Shown: positions 14,603 to 28,345 of the stretch, one piece after another
How the letters are laid out: every line of letters starts with the position of its first letter
Numbering within the stretch: the first letter of the stretch is position 1
DNA from: the human T2T-CHM13v2.0 reference genome, Homo sapiens
Direction: 5' to 3' (one strand)
Assembly (NCBI RefSeq): GCF_009914755.1
Contig: NC_060937.1
DNA: 64,000 nucleotides
Notes under the pieces: model-generated
The model's input: the letters and a program-made list of their open reading frames with translations, nothing else
What the model was told of the DNA's origin: nothing
Database searches by the model: none
Program-made: the position numbers and the translations under genes

Positions 14603-15040
14603 CAGTGGCTCTCGAAGTATGGTCCTGGGACATGCTGTGTCAGCACCTTCTAGAACAAACATGTCCAATTCCTGGCCCGCGGGCCACATGTGGCCCAGGA
14701 CAGCTTTGAATGCAGCCCGACACAAATTCGTAAACTTTCTTAAAACATGATGAGATTTGTTTGCAATTTTTTTTTTTTTTAGCTCATCAGCTATTGTTAG
14801 TGTTAGTGTATTTTATGTGTGGCCCAAGATAATTCTTCTTCTTCCAATGTGGCCCAGGAAAGCCAAAAGATTGGACACCCCTGGTCTAGAAACTGGTTAG
14901 AAATGCAAATTCTCAGGCTCCACCCAAGAGTTACTGACTCAGAAACTCTGGGGGGTGGAAGGCTTGTTAGGCCAGCACACTGTAGCGTAACAAGCCTTCT
15001 AGGTGATATGTATGTTCAATTAAGCTGGGAACCACTACTG
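14603..15040. mobile_element. MER5A interrupted by MER30
   Basis: cagtggctctcgaagtatggtcc...[MER30]...ttagaaatgcaaattctcaggctccaccc...gactcagaaactctggg...gaaccact. Confidence 0.75.
14656..14883 (-). mobile_element. MER30, full length
   Basis: Termini caaacatgtccaa ... ttggacacccctg; 8-bp TSD ttctagaa / gtctagaa, typical of hAT-Charlie. Confidence 0.88.
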
Positions 15041-15621
15041 TAACTCATTGGCGCCCAGACATAAGCTTAACCCTCAGGGTATATAGGCTGAGGGTTAAGG
15101 AGAAGGGAGGACATGGGAGGTCATCCACAAAAGTGAAAAATAACACTATGTCTGAAAACAAGCAGGGAAGAGAAGCCAGTACGAGCCAGCGGGGAGATGC
15201 TAGGCATGGAAGGCCATGGGAGGTAAACAGTCTCCTCCATAGTCAGCTACTGCTGACAGTCTTCCCCGCCCTTTCCTGAGACAGATACACCTGCTGAATC
15301 AATCATCTGGGTTTATTTGAGGGAAAGAGTCCAGGCTGTTCTTTTCAGTGGTACAAGGAATTCCCTCAGGATTCAAAGGAAGGTAATGCTAAGGTCTCAC
15401 CCAGGCCCCACCAAACACTTCTCAGGTTAGCAAGTCTCACGCAGCGCTGCCCAAAGGACAGGTGGGAGGCCAGGCATTAGGGAAGAGCAGAAGCAGGAGA
15501 CAGTGGCCTTTCTGAGCCTTACACAAGGGCTCTCTGGGATGCCGCTCATCTGGACTGTTTGTCTTCACAGAAAGCCAATGATGGTTTTCAGGGACTACAG
15601 CTGAGGAAGTGTAAATATTTA

Positions 15622-15807
<186 letters not shown>

Positions 15808-16483
15808 CTATAATAAAACAGTTGCATAATCAATGCATTTCCTTAACCTAACCAACTAATTTCCTACACCTGTCAGTGTCATTATCTTAATTTGGGAATC
15901 CATTTCACATGCTGTGAAGGGAGCACCTCTCGGTGCACACAGAGTTACCATAAACATGAAGAGCCTCTCTACAAATACAGGTCCCCAAGCCCTCAAAGTC
16001 AAGAAATGGTCTGAATCCACTGGGCTACTATTTGATCAGCGAAGCTGGTTATCTAAGATTTACCAGTGGGCAAACTTTCCCCACAGTCTTTTATCCTGAG
16101 CTGCCAAGATGAGATCTTTCTCCAGCTGCAGTTTTGTGGGAGGGCCCTATATGGCTATATTAATAGTAGCTCTCCTATGAAGTCATGTCTTCTGAGATTT
16201 GGGCCAGATTTGAAAATATGCCAGAGGATACTGTGGAGAGCCGATGCCAGGTTTGTCTAGTCTGAAACCTGTGAGTTTTCCCCAGAATTAAGTTCTATCC
16301 ACTGGTATCCATGACTCCTCATTCTCAAAACTCCTCATATCAAGGCAAATTAAGGCACTTGCAGTGGTGTTTGTTCTACATTTAAGAACATAGGTATCAG
16401 CAAATACTAGGAAAAATGAATTTATAGCAAAGGTGTGTGTCCAGCCCTGGCAGAGAAGAAAAACAGTAAACAGCAAGACTGAC

Positions 16484-16581
16484 CTTTCTGGAAGACAGGA
16501 ACTCCATGCCTCTGGCCACTTGAAAACTGTAAGAAATCAGATCTTCCATAGTGATGGGCTCCTTGTAGAAACCGTCAGAAT
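16484..16581 (-). CDS. FLT1: FLT1 exon 22
   Basis: CAG|AT TCT GAC GGT...AGA AAG|GTCAGT; (D)[32 protein letters not shown]; 98 nt. Confidence 0.97.
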
Positions 16582-16677
16582 CTGGAAAGCATTAGAACCG
16601 TAACTGTTTGTAATGGCTCTTGTTATCCCACCAAATCCCAGTTTATTGGAACAATGTTAGCAAAACATAAAACAAAC

Positions 16678-16699
16678 CAACAAGTAGATCAGAGTTCAT
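16678..16699 (-). CDS. FLT1: Candidate alternative first coding mini-exon in intron 21 (MNSDLLV) of an intracellular FLT1 isoform
   Basis: ATG AAC TCT GAT CTA CTT GTT G|GTTTGT; this phase-1 donor joins exon 22 in frame; matches my recollection of an intron-21-initiated isoform N-terminus (not verified). Confidence 0.6.
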
Positions 16700-17011
16700 T
16701 TTTAAGAGTATTTGAGTTTCAACATGAACACCAGAGATTTTTCCAGGCCTCCAGCCCACTTTATCCAAGCATGGGGGCAGGGGGATGATCCATTAAGATG
16801 AAAATCCCTGAGGGGAGAAAACGGTACAGTTCCCTGTCAAAATTAGTAACTCTGTAAATTATCTTAATTCAAATCTTATCTCCTCAGGACATTACCATTC
16901 GAGTCTCCCACGGATGTTTATTAGAGTGATAAATAAGAAAAAAATTTCAGAGATGCATAGTATGTTGTAAAAATATCTCAGCGCGTAGGACAGGAAGGAA
17001 TTAATACCTAC

Positions 17012-17168
17012 CCTCCTCTTCCTCAACATCACTCAGACTTTTATCTTCCTGAAAGCCGGAGCTCGCAAAGCTTTCGCTGCTGGTGACGCTATCTAGTCTT
17101 GGTTTCTTGCCTTGTTCCAGGCCTGGCTCCATTTTTTCTTTCTTAGGCTCCATGTGTAGTGCTGCATC
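17012..17168 (-). CDS. FLT1: FLT1 exon 21 (kinase insert)
   Basis: AAG|GAT GCA GCA...GAG GAG G|GTAGGT; DAALHMEPKKEKMEPGLEQGKKPRLDSVTSSESFASSGFQEDKSLSDVEEEE; 157 nt. Confidence 0.97.
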
Positions 17169-17566
17169 CTTTGAAGAGACCGAAAAGGACCCAGGTGAAA
17201 AGGAGCTCCAGCACAGCAGTGGGAAACCAGTCCCTCAACTGGCAATCGCCTGATGAGAAATGAGAGCGTTTCACTTCTCAAAATGGATCGTGAACTAGCA
17301 CAGGGGCCCTACGGTGTCCAGGAGCCTGACTACCTCTGGAGTTGCAGAGTCTATTGTGCTCTTGCCTGGGCTTCTAGACAGCATCTTAGATCAGATAAAA
17401 AAAAAAAATTAAGAGTGGTGGGTATTTACTGAATGCTTACTCTGTGTGAGCTGGTATATTAAAAGCTTTAGGTACATTTCTTGTTTAGTGTTTCCAACAA
17501 TTTTACGAAGTAGTTCTTATTTATACATGGAGAAACAGGTTCAGAGAAGTAAAGTAATCAAATTCA

Positions 17567-17998
<432 letters not shown>

Positions 17999-18604
17999 TC
18001 AGTGTGCTTGGTGCTTCACTCTGTAATCCCTAGGAGGAGTTATAAGAGAAGGCTATAGTTACCAATTTCTCAGGTTTCTTTGGGGAAGGAGGGAACATGG
18101 ACATTGCTTTTTTTCTCTTCCATTTAAACAAAGATACAGTTTGATCCTAACAAGGGTAGCAATGGCCTTTCACCCTGGACTGCACATCCAAGCCCTGGTT
18201 CATTTGGCTCTTCCATTAATCATGCGATCTTGGGCAAGTCACCTTACTTTTCTGAGTTTAATTATCCTCTTCTGAAAAGCTCTATTATACTATTATTTTA
18301 TGATTCATAGGAAAGGAGTTGTCAGTTCTGGGTGTTCATGGGAAACCAGAAAAGATTTTTATTGCCTTTTGTAATTCATCTAGTAACTATGACACTCTAA
18401 AACCTAGCACTTTCAGTGGCTTTATAACAAGACCATGTTTGTAGCCTAGATTCTGCTAGACAGCAATACTGAGGCAGAAGCAGAGAGGGACTGGAGTTCA
18501 GTGGTGTCCCTTGATCCATTTGCATGGTGTGGCAGTTCTAGGATTAACCCGCGTACCCCATCCTTCCTGGGCTTTTCTAGAAATGTCACAAAGCAAGAGT
18601 GATC

Positions 18605-18623
18605 CCTCCACTAGAGGGCACAG
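18605..18623 (+). promoter_or_regulatory. Strong CTCF motif
   Basis: CCTCCACTAGAGGGCACAG; core CCACTAGAGGGCAC (18608-18621) fits CCASYAGRKGGCRS without mismatch. Confidence 0.6.
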
Positions 18624-19755
18624 TGGGAGCAAGCAGAGCACTGGGAGAAAGCTTCAGGAGGGACAGCCCTAACCTAGTCTAAAAGCCAAAAGGGCACCAA
18701 GGTTCCCAGCCCCTGAAAAGAGACCTTCCGGGGTTGCAGAGGGAGGCAGGCCTCAGAGTGAATACCCACTGCCATTGCAGGTAACCCACCTGAGGGCAGG
18801 TAAAGACTTTCACTATTTGTTATTGTGTTTCCACAATGCAGTTATATTGGATTCTGTTCAGTTGGGGACTGGAATTTTATTTTTCACAAGATCCTTTGTG
18901 GGACAGAAGGCATCAGAGAAAGCGCTGGCAATAGCATGGGGAGAAAAATGCTCCACAGGCTCACTCAGGGCTCTGCATGTGAAAACTCTCCCTGGACAGC
19001 CTTCTTCCCCACGGCACCCAAAAGTCACAGCCTAGGCATGTCTCCAAGGACCAAAACTCAGGCTCTCTCACTCCCTTCCTGACTCCCAATCAATTGTATA
19101 TTCAGCTTTGCTTATCAGTACCACTTTTGTTAAATAAAGGTAATTTACTGAACTCTTGGGACTCTGGCAGAATATAGTGAATTTATTACAAACCATATTT
19201 AAGGATCCCAGTTAATTTATTTGGAAAATGAAGTATTCCATTTTCAATTTAGCCTTTTGGTTTTGCCTTTCCTTTACCTTTATCTTCCAAATATGAAAGA
19301 CAGCCATGGATTTTCCACAAAAACACTAAGCTCCACCAAGTTGCACAGGGAGGCAAATCATTAAATATAGCCAGAGAAGGAAGCAAACTCTTCAAAACAA
19401 AGGACGCACAAACCCAAACGTTCCATCCTGCCCAGGTCCCTAGGGTATTCTGCTGGCTTAGCTCTTCCTGAAGCCAGTCCAAAATTTCAGTACTAAGGGG
19501 AATTTGTACTGCCCTCAGCCCAAGGCACCACTTTCCACTTTTTCTTATGCTTTTTTCACCTCATTTAGTGTGGTGCACAGAAAAGGCAGTGGAGGAGGAG
19601 TCAAGAGAGCTGAGTTCTTTCACCTTCTGACTTCACCTCATGGTAGGTGTGTGTCCTTAAGCGAATCACTTGACTTCTCTGAACGCATCTGCAGCCTGCG
19701 AGTGTGAACCAACTGATCACAAAGATCCCTTTCAGTTTCAAGATTCTAATTATTA

Positions 19756-20062
19756 GGCCGGGCACGGTGGCTCACACCTGTAATCCCAGCACTTTGTGAG
19801 GCCGAGGCAGGCGGATCACCTGAGGTCAGGAGTTTGACCAGCCTGGCCAACATGGTGAAACTCAGTCTCTACCAAAATATTCAAAAATTAGCTGGGCGTT
19901 GTGGCGGGCTCCTGTAATCCCAGCTACTTGGGAGGGTAGAGGCAGGAGGATCACTTGAACCCAGGAAACGGAGGTTGCAGTGAGCTGAGATCACACCACT
20001 GCACTCCAGCCTGACTGACAGAGAGAGAAACTCTGTCTCAAAAAAAAAAAAAAAAAAAAAAA
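19756..20062 (+). mobile_element. Alu
   Basis: Full Alu with poly-A tail. Confidence 0.93.
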
Positions 20063-20379
20063 AGGTTCTTATTATTAGAGGACCTGACTTAAACCTGGGG
20101 AAAATGATGTTCTTGCATATATTGCCGGTCCGGTAGAACATCTCTGTCTTTAATTAGATCAAAGTTTGAGGGATGAGAAAATTGGCCAGCTGTCCAGTGG
20201 TTCTTATTTGTGTGTGAAGATTCTTGCCCACATTATAAAGATGGGCATCATTCTTGGATTTCAGACATTTTATCCACCATGTAGATCAGTGGTACGAAGT
20301 TGGACTCACCCAATTTTTCTATCTTAGTAGGTCAATGATGTTGATGATGATGATGACAGTGGTGGTGACAGTGATGATT

Positions 20380-20585
20380 AACATTTATTGAATGTTTGAC
20401 TGAGAGATTTTTATTCTCTCAACAATCCCATCAGCTGGATTCTATTATAAGCTTCATTTAATAAACGAGGGAACTGAAACAGACAGGTTGAGTAATTTGC
20501 ATTCCCAGATTTCATGAGAAGTAGAGACAGGATTTGAATCCAGGAAGTCTGATTCCAGAGTCTCAATGTTTAACCACCACACTAC
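20380..20585. mobile_element. MIR (approximate), preceded by a short (GAT)n repeat
   Basis: acatttattgaatg...gaggaactgaaacagacaggttgagtaatttgc...caggatttgaatccagg...tctgattccagagtc. Confidence 0.7.
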
Positions 20586-20710
20586 ATGGGTTCATCAGCA
20601 GTGTTGCTGATTACTGGTTAATAATGTTGAATCACTGTCCCCTGGACTTCTTCAGCTCAGAGAAGGACACAGTATTGGTGCCATATGTCACACTGGCAAA
20701 GTTTTAGTAA

Positions 20711-21060
<350 letters not shown>

Positions 21061-21684
21061 TAAACCTTGTTTGCCCTTAGGTCTTGGGTCCACATGTTCC
21101 TTTTACTACACAGCTTTTATTTAATAAGGCTGGTTCAGAGTATATGTAGGGATGACATGGGTAGTGAGGGTGTCAGGAAGTAGGGGAAAGGGCAGTGGAA
21201 AAGAAAGATAATGATTTTTGGCCCTGGCCACATCATTGGTCTACTGCTGATTGTCAAGTCACTCAGTTGATTTAGCCTTAGTCAAAATCTAACCTAATAA
21301 ATGGAGACAATTATATTAACTATTATCTTCCTTAAAGAAATAAGTGACTTGTGTATGTATGTTTGCGTGTATGTACACATGCACACATATATAGGGGGAG
21401 AAAGAGAGAAAGTTATTGTTAGATATTTAGATAAGTGGCTAGTAGATTTACTCTCCAATTATGGCTGCATACGCACACAGGGATCAAATGATTCTCTGTG
21501 CTATCCACACTAGAGTGTAACAGATTATCAGGGGAAAAAACATGAAAAAAGGAGAAGAAGCAGAGATTGAGTTTTAAGTTTAATCATTAACAACACAATA
21601 CAGGTTTCTCTTGCTTTATGTTGTTACAGACTAAATGAAAACTCATTGCTATCTTTAAAAACCTCCAACTTTTGAAATCCTTAC

Positions 21685-21773
21685 CTTGTTGAGAAAAAAT
21701 AAGTCACGTTTGCTCTTGAGGTAGTTGGAGAGATTTCCATATTTGCAGTATTCAACAATCACCATCAGAGGCC
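21685..21773 (-). CDS. FLT1: FLT1 exon 20 (kinase hinge)
   Basis: CAG|GG CCT CTG ATG...AAC AAG|GTAAG; (G)[29 protein letters not shown]; 89 nt. Confidence 0.97.
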
Positions 21774-22259
21774 CTGCAGCCAAAACAGCACATGCTCATG
21801 CTCAGCCACACCAAGCCAGTCAGCCATTTGCCAGCCTTCAGCCTGCCTGAGAAACCTCAAACCAACCAGCCTTTGTATTAGTGGGGCGAAGGGATGCGAT
21901 TTAGGGATGAGAGGCCCATGAATACGGTGACTTTTTCAGTTTAACCTAAGAAGGGGTTTAAAGAATACAATTGAAATACAAAAAAAAAAAAAAAGGAGGT
22001 GAGGGGCAGTGCAGAAGCATTAGAGAGAAAAGATTGGAAGAAGGACAGAAATACGTTTGAGGAGGGGAGAGGCAAAAGCCAGCCTCCCCGCCTCTTAACC
22101 AGACCCTTGCGAGTAGAGCGGCTTCTGGTTACTGTCACACCAGTCCTGGAACTATTAAGCAGCTCCTCCCTCCCTACCACGACAGAGACGGCTACCTGGC
22201 CGTCTCTCGCCAGCAGTGTCTGCGCGATTTGCCTTGGGGCTTGCCAGAGGATCTACAGT

Positions 22260-22525
22260 AGGGATCGGCAAACTCTTCTTGTAAAGGTCCAGCTAGTAAG
22301 CATTTTAGGCTTTGCAGATCAAGGAGCTACTACTCAATTCTGCCTTTGTAGCCTGGAAACAACCAAACAAGTATGACTGTGCTCCAAGAAAACTATGAAC
22401 ACAGAGATTGGAATTTCATACAATTTCATATCATGAAATATTATTTTTATTTTTTATTTTTTCCCCCAACTTTAAAAAGGTCAAACCATTTTAAGCTCAC
22501 AGGCTGACCTTGGTTTGCCAACCCG
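22260..22525 (+). mobile_element. MER58-family hAT fossil (MER58B-like)
   Basis: gggatcggcaaactcttcttgtaaaggtccagctagtaagcattttaggctttgc ... gtttgccaaccc terminal inverted repeats. Confidence 0.75.
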
Positions 22526-23832
22526 ACCCCGGTCTGAAGGAAGCAAGAGGGTTGGGAAGGAAGTCCAGCTGCACTCTGAAGGCCTCCTCTCTCCTGCCCT
22601 GCGTTTCCACTGCATGCCTGGGCTGGGCATGCAGCCCACAAAGCAAGGACCACTTCTGGGTCAAAGGGGAGTGACCCCGGAGCTGCTTCACCAGCCGCTG
22701 CCCAGGGCATGCCGGGAGCCCAGAAGCCACTAGTTCTTTTTTGTGCCTTGCAGAAGTTGGGCTGGTCCTGGTGGAGTGGTTTTCTCTTAGTACGAGGAAC
22801 ACGCTAGAAATCCTAACAGCATCTCATCTTCCCCCTAGGTTCCAGAACGGGAAGTTGCTTCCAGAGTTTTTTATGTCCCCTCTACGGCGGCAGATGCCGC
22901 AGAGTTCGGCTCCCGCATGGGGTCCAGCCACCGTCCTCAGAGGGGCTTCCATGCTGGCGCCCAGCTGCACGGAGCTGACGGCCGCACATGAGGGTAAGCT
23001 GTCTCATTATACCTGATCAGTTTTACAGATGCAAAGTTGAGGCAAACAGAATGAGGTTGCCACGACAGAGAACTTCATAAAACGTTATCCGGGGATGATG
23101 GAGAAGCAGGCGGGGCCGTGTCGAGGTCCCTCCGACTGTTTCTGGCCTCCCCAGCCTTTAGCTCCTCTCTAACCACCTCCGCCCCTAGCAGATTGTCTTC
23201 CCCAGCTACCCTTCATCTCTGCTACCTCTGTTGAGAGCTGGGGAAAACATTGGCTTGCACAGCTCTTTGCACCTTGCTGGCTCAAACAATGATCACACAT
23301 CTACTCTGCCCTAACCCTGCCATACGGAAAGAAAGGTCTGCGACAACATGCTGGAGCTCTTAATCATAAAGCACAGCTCTGTCCCTACCCCCTTGGGTAA
23401 GGTCTATCTGCATGGTGGATCTGGAGGGAAGGGCCCCCACATCACCTCCTCCTGGGACCCTACCAGTAGTGATTCATTCATTCCTTTAGGTGAAGCCTCA
23501 AGGAATATGCAACCTTCTACCTTTTACCTTGGCTCTGGCCACACTCCTTCAGACCCATCCTGAGAGAAAAGTGCCCTCTGCTTAGCCTAGAGCCTGTGGA
23601 AGGAGATCAAAAAGGGAGTCCTCTTCAGAATCTTTAAATTAACGGCACAGGGAAGGGATTTATGGGAGCACCCTTCTGTAGATGCACAAGCTGTTTCTTC
23701 TAGAGCTATTAGGGAGGCCGTTTTCCTGGAGGCGAGGAAGCACAGTGCGGGGGAGAAGGAGCTGTAAGGCAGAGAACTGTTCTCCCAGCCTGTGCAGGGG
23801 GAGACGGAGCCGGCCCTCCCCTTCTCCATTAC

Positions 23833-23946
23833 CTCCTTGCTTGGTGCAGGCTCCCAGCAGGTTAACCACGTTCAGATGGTGGCCAATGTGGGTCAAGATT
23901 TTTAGCTCAGTCATCAGAGCTTTGTACTCGCTGGCCGTGGCCCCCT
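23833..23946 (-). CDS. FLT1: FLT1 exon 19 (kinase alphaC region)
   Basis: CAG|AG GGG GCC...CAA GGA G|GTAAT; (E)[37 protein letters not shown]; 114 nt. Confidence 0.97.
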
Positions 23947-24806
23947 CTGTGTGAGAAGCAAGGAAGAGTCAGGGCGACAGGACAATGGGGCTCCTTCCGC
24001 CGGAGGCGGCATTCTTGCCCTCCTTGTTTGTCAATGCTCAGCCGGTTGCTTCACTAACTTCCCCACATTCTGCAGAAAGGCCAAGTCTCCAGACTGTTTT
24101 CATTACTCCCACCCTCCTGAGCCAACATCCTTTTGATTACAGTAAGGCCCAGCACAGTAGTGGGGTTAGTCACTGGACATTTCCTCTTGGTGGACCTAGT
24201 TCTCTTCAGCAATGCGCTGACTCAGAGCTGGGCACCTCGTGAAAGTGCCTTCCAAAGGCTTCCCTTCTGTCAGAACCAGGTGCAGCAAGAACCCACCAGG
24301 CAGGGAGTACACCTCCACGTCCCCTCTTCTCACCTTCTCCCTTTGGGGAGTCACAGAGAAGGAGCACAAGGGGCCTGCCAGGGCAGAATGGCTACTTTTG
24401 TAAACATCTTTGCAATGTGTTATTTTCTCCCTGTAACCCTGTCCTCTCTGGAGTTCACAGGGTTATCTTGGGTTGTGAGGATCCATAGCATCTGACTTCA
24501 ACTTCAGTCTCAGAGATAAGCATTATCAGTCCAAGAATTAGCAGAGTCTAAAGCCTAAATTGAGTTTGTTCTGTTTGTTCTTATTAGTTAATATGCAAGG
24601 CATTTAAAAATTTTAAATTATTTTTAGAAATATAAAAATCAAATAATCTTTCTGTAAAATATTTCAACAATATGAGTTGGAATAAAATGTTCTAGATAAA
24701 AAGCAAAAGCCACTCCGACCCACTTGCCTTCTTAGAAGCAGCCATGGTTAATAGTTTGGTGTTCAGACCTTTTTCTATGCATTTATAAATATTCAATCAG
24801 AGGTCC

Positions 24807-24858
24807 TATATATATATATATATCATATATATATGATATATATGACTATATATAGTCT
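24807..24858. repeat. (TA)n-rich palindromic tract
   Basis: tatatatcatatatatatgatatata and gactatatatagtc are self-complementary. Confidence 0.85.
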
Positions 24859-24864
24859 ATTTAA

Positions 24865-25208
<344 letters not shown>

Positions 25209-25577
25209 AGGTTAACCACGTTAATGGTGGCCAGTGTGAGCCCATTCTTTTTAATTGATTAATGGTGTCCCTGACATTTAGAGTGTCTATAGTCTTTTTG
25301 CTATTACAAATAATACTGTGATAGTCTGTGTGTAATCTCTGTGCACACATGCAAGTGTTTCTGTAGGACAGTGTCCTGGAAGTGGGTTAGAGGTATGTGC
25401 ATTTAACATTGTGGTAGATACCAACATGGTATTTCATAAGCACAAATCATTTTTAATAATAACTAGATAAACTCCAAATCCTGTGCATGGGGTTAGGGCT
25501 GGCTCACAGTAGATGCTCAACAAATATTTTGGAATAAATAAACACAATTACTCTTCTCATTTCAGGCATGGGTGTAA

Positions 25578-25986
<409 letters not shown>

Positions 25987-26149
25987 TAAGCAAGAAAGCT
26001 GAATGAAATTTTTTAAAGGAATTTTATAGAGTGGATGATTTGGCAGTCTTTTACAATCAATGCTGATGGCTAAAAAAAAAAAATAGGCATTTATGAAGAC
26101 ACTACACATGCAATCTGTATTACATAGAAGAGATTCTCTGAGCCTTTTA

Positions 26150-26460
<311 letters not shown>

Positions 26461-26829
26461 CTCAAGTCAGAATCTTCTTTCAAACTCATTCATCTCCCTA
26501 TAACCCTTTCCTCTTTGGAGGAAAAAAACCAGGTGCTGGTTCAGCTTGCTGTATTTATAGGCAGGGCCACAGGTATTATCTTGGACCCACAACAGACTAG
26601 TGTGGATATCAGAGCTGCCTCTCCTAGAGGACAATGTGTGGCAGCAAGCAGAGAAACGGGACTAGCTGAGGAAACAGTTGCTTCCAGATTTAGTTTCCAC
26701 CTATCTCTAGGTTGGATACTGGATTGCCTCCATAAACTAGGCCAGGATCATCTTCAGGGTTTTGGAGCAGTGTGCCAATTCCAGGAGGCCAGGTCTCTGC
26801 AGCCCCTCTTTTGTGGCACACTGGTATGG

Positions 26830-26990
26830 AGGAAAGAGCACTGCATTCAAAGCTGGAAGACTTTCGCACACAAACCCTTACTTACGCTGAGCAGCTGTGT
26901 GGCCTTGCAGAGGCTATTTAACCTTTCTTGGCCATGTTTCCTCATCTGCAAACTGAGGATAATAATGTCTACCTCACAAAGCTGTTGAGA
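26830..26990. mobile_element. MIR (approximate)
   Basis: agctgtgtggccttgcagaggctatttaacctttct...tttcctcatctgcaaactgaggataataat, the MIR core. Confidence 0.7.
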
Positions 26991-28240
26991 GGAAATAAGA
27001 AAAATGGCTGTTTTGTGTGGTTCAGCCTAATAAGTGAAAGTATCTAGTCTGGTGCTTTCTTACATAGAAGACATGTTGATGCCTCTTCTCTTCAGAATCT
27101 GGGGTTCTTGCAGGGAGGGTGCTAGCATGCCTCTATTTTGACAGAAATACCTGCCTTCGTCTGGGAAGTCTACCCCAAACAAAAGTTCTGACTTGTGGAT
27201 ACCAAACTCCTTCCCAGACTACTTTCAGAGCAGAACTGGCAGGTTCTTTGCAGAGTTTTATTAGTTTTTTCTTGAGGAGTAAACCTTTTGAAGTTGAAAA
27301 TATATTTACATGGGGCTTTTGAAATAATGGAGTTATTGCTAGAAGATTAAGAACTTTGACGTCTCCCTAAGCAAACAACCCTTTCTCCTGGAGCCTGTAC
27401 TAGGTACCCGTGTAGTTGGACTCACAGCTTGCTGGGCTTCAAAATTTCCCAGCAGTATCCTGGAGACTTTGGAAAGTTAAAAGCTGCTTTTTGAGTTTTC
27501 AGTTCTGTTGAGTTGAAGCATCATAAAATTCCATTACAGATGAGGAAATGAAGTATTTTCTACACTGTAAAGGACCTGTGAGTCTTTGAGACATGTGGTT
27601 TACACAGCTTTCACTGATTTTCATTTTCAATCTGTCTTTGGTGTTGGGCATAAGTCACTGTGTGATTTGGTTCTACCTCCCAGTGCTTCACAGAGTAGTA
27701 GTATCTTTCAACACTAGAAAGATAATTCAGGTTTTTAAACTGCTAAAGAGGAAATGTTTTATGGCTGAGGTAGTTAGTATAAAATAGTTTAGAGTTCTGA
27801 TCAACTCAATTGTTCTAGCTTTATAGTTTTACTTTATAGTCAGGTCAAGCCCAAGCAAAGCCATTGGGATTTAGAATGTGCTGCTAAGTTTCCATTACAA
27901 CATCACAGTAGATCATGCCAAAATCTGAACCTGCAGTTACAATGGGCTTAAGTCCCTTGTTGTCTACAGTCTGTGATGTGAGATGAGAAAGACCTTTGAG
28001 GTGACAGAGATCATTTTCCTATGGACAGTGCTGGATTGTTCCATTTACAAGGTTTCTTCTGAGCTCGTGCTGGCCTAATCTAAAACTCGTGAGCAAAGAG
28101 GCCTCTAGCAGTAGAAGAAAATTATGTGTCCAGAGCAGAAAAGCTTGTGTCTGTTCCCAGGCTATATCTAACTTGTACCAACATTTAGGAAATGCAAAAT
28201 GGTGATGGGTCAGTTGAAAGCCAAACTACAGCATACATAC

Positions 28241-28345
28241 CTTTCAGCATTTTCACAGCCACAGTCCGGCACGTAGGTGATTTCTTAATGCCAAATGCTG
28301 ATGCTTGAACCACTTTTCCAAAAGCCCCTCTTCCAAGTGATTTGC
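28241..28345 (-). CDS. FLT1: FLT1 exon 18 (GxGxxG loop and VAVK lysine)
   Basis: CAG|GC AAA TCA CTT GGA...CTG AAA G|GTATG; [35 protein letters not shown]; 105 nt. Confidence 0.98.

Noticed and set aside
23660-23914. ORFs extending exon 19 (and similarly exons 18 and 28) into introns
   Set aside because: These are exon frames running on until a chance stop; there is no independent support.
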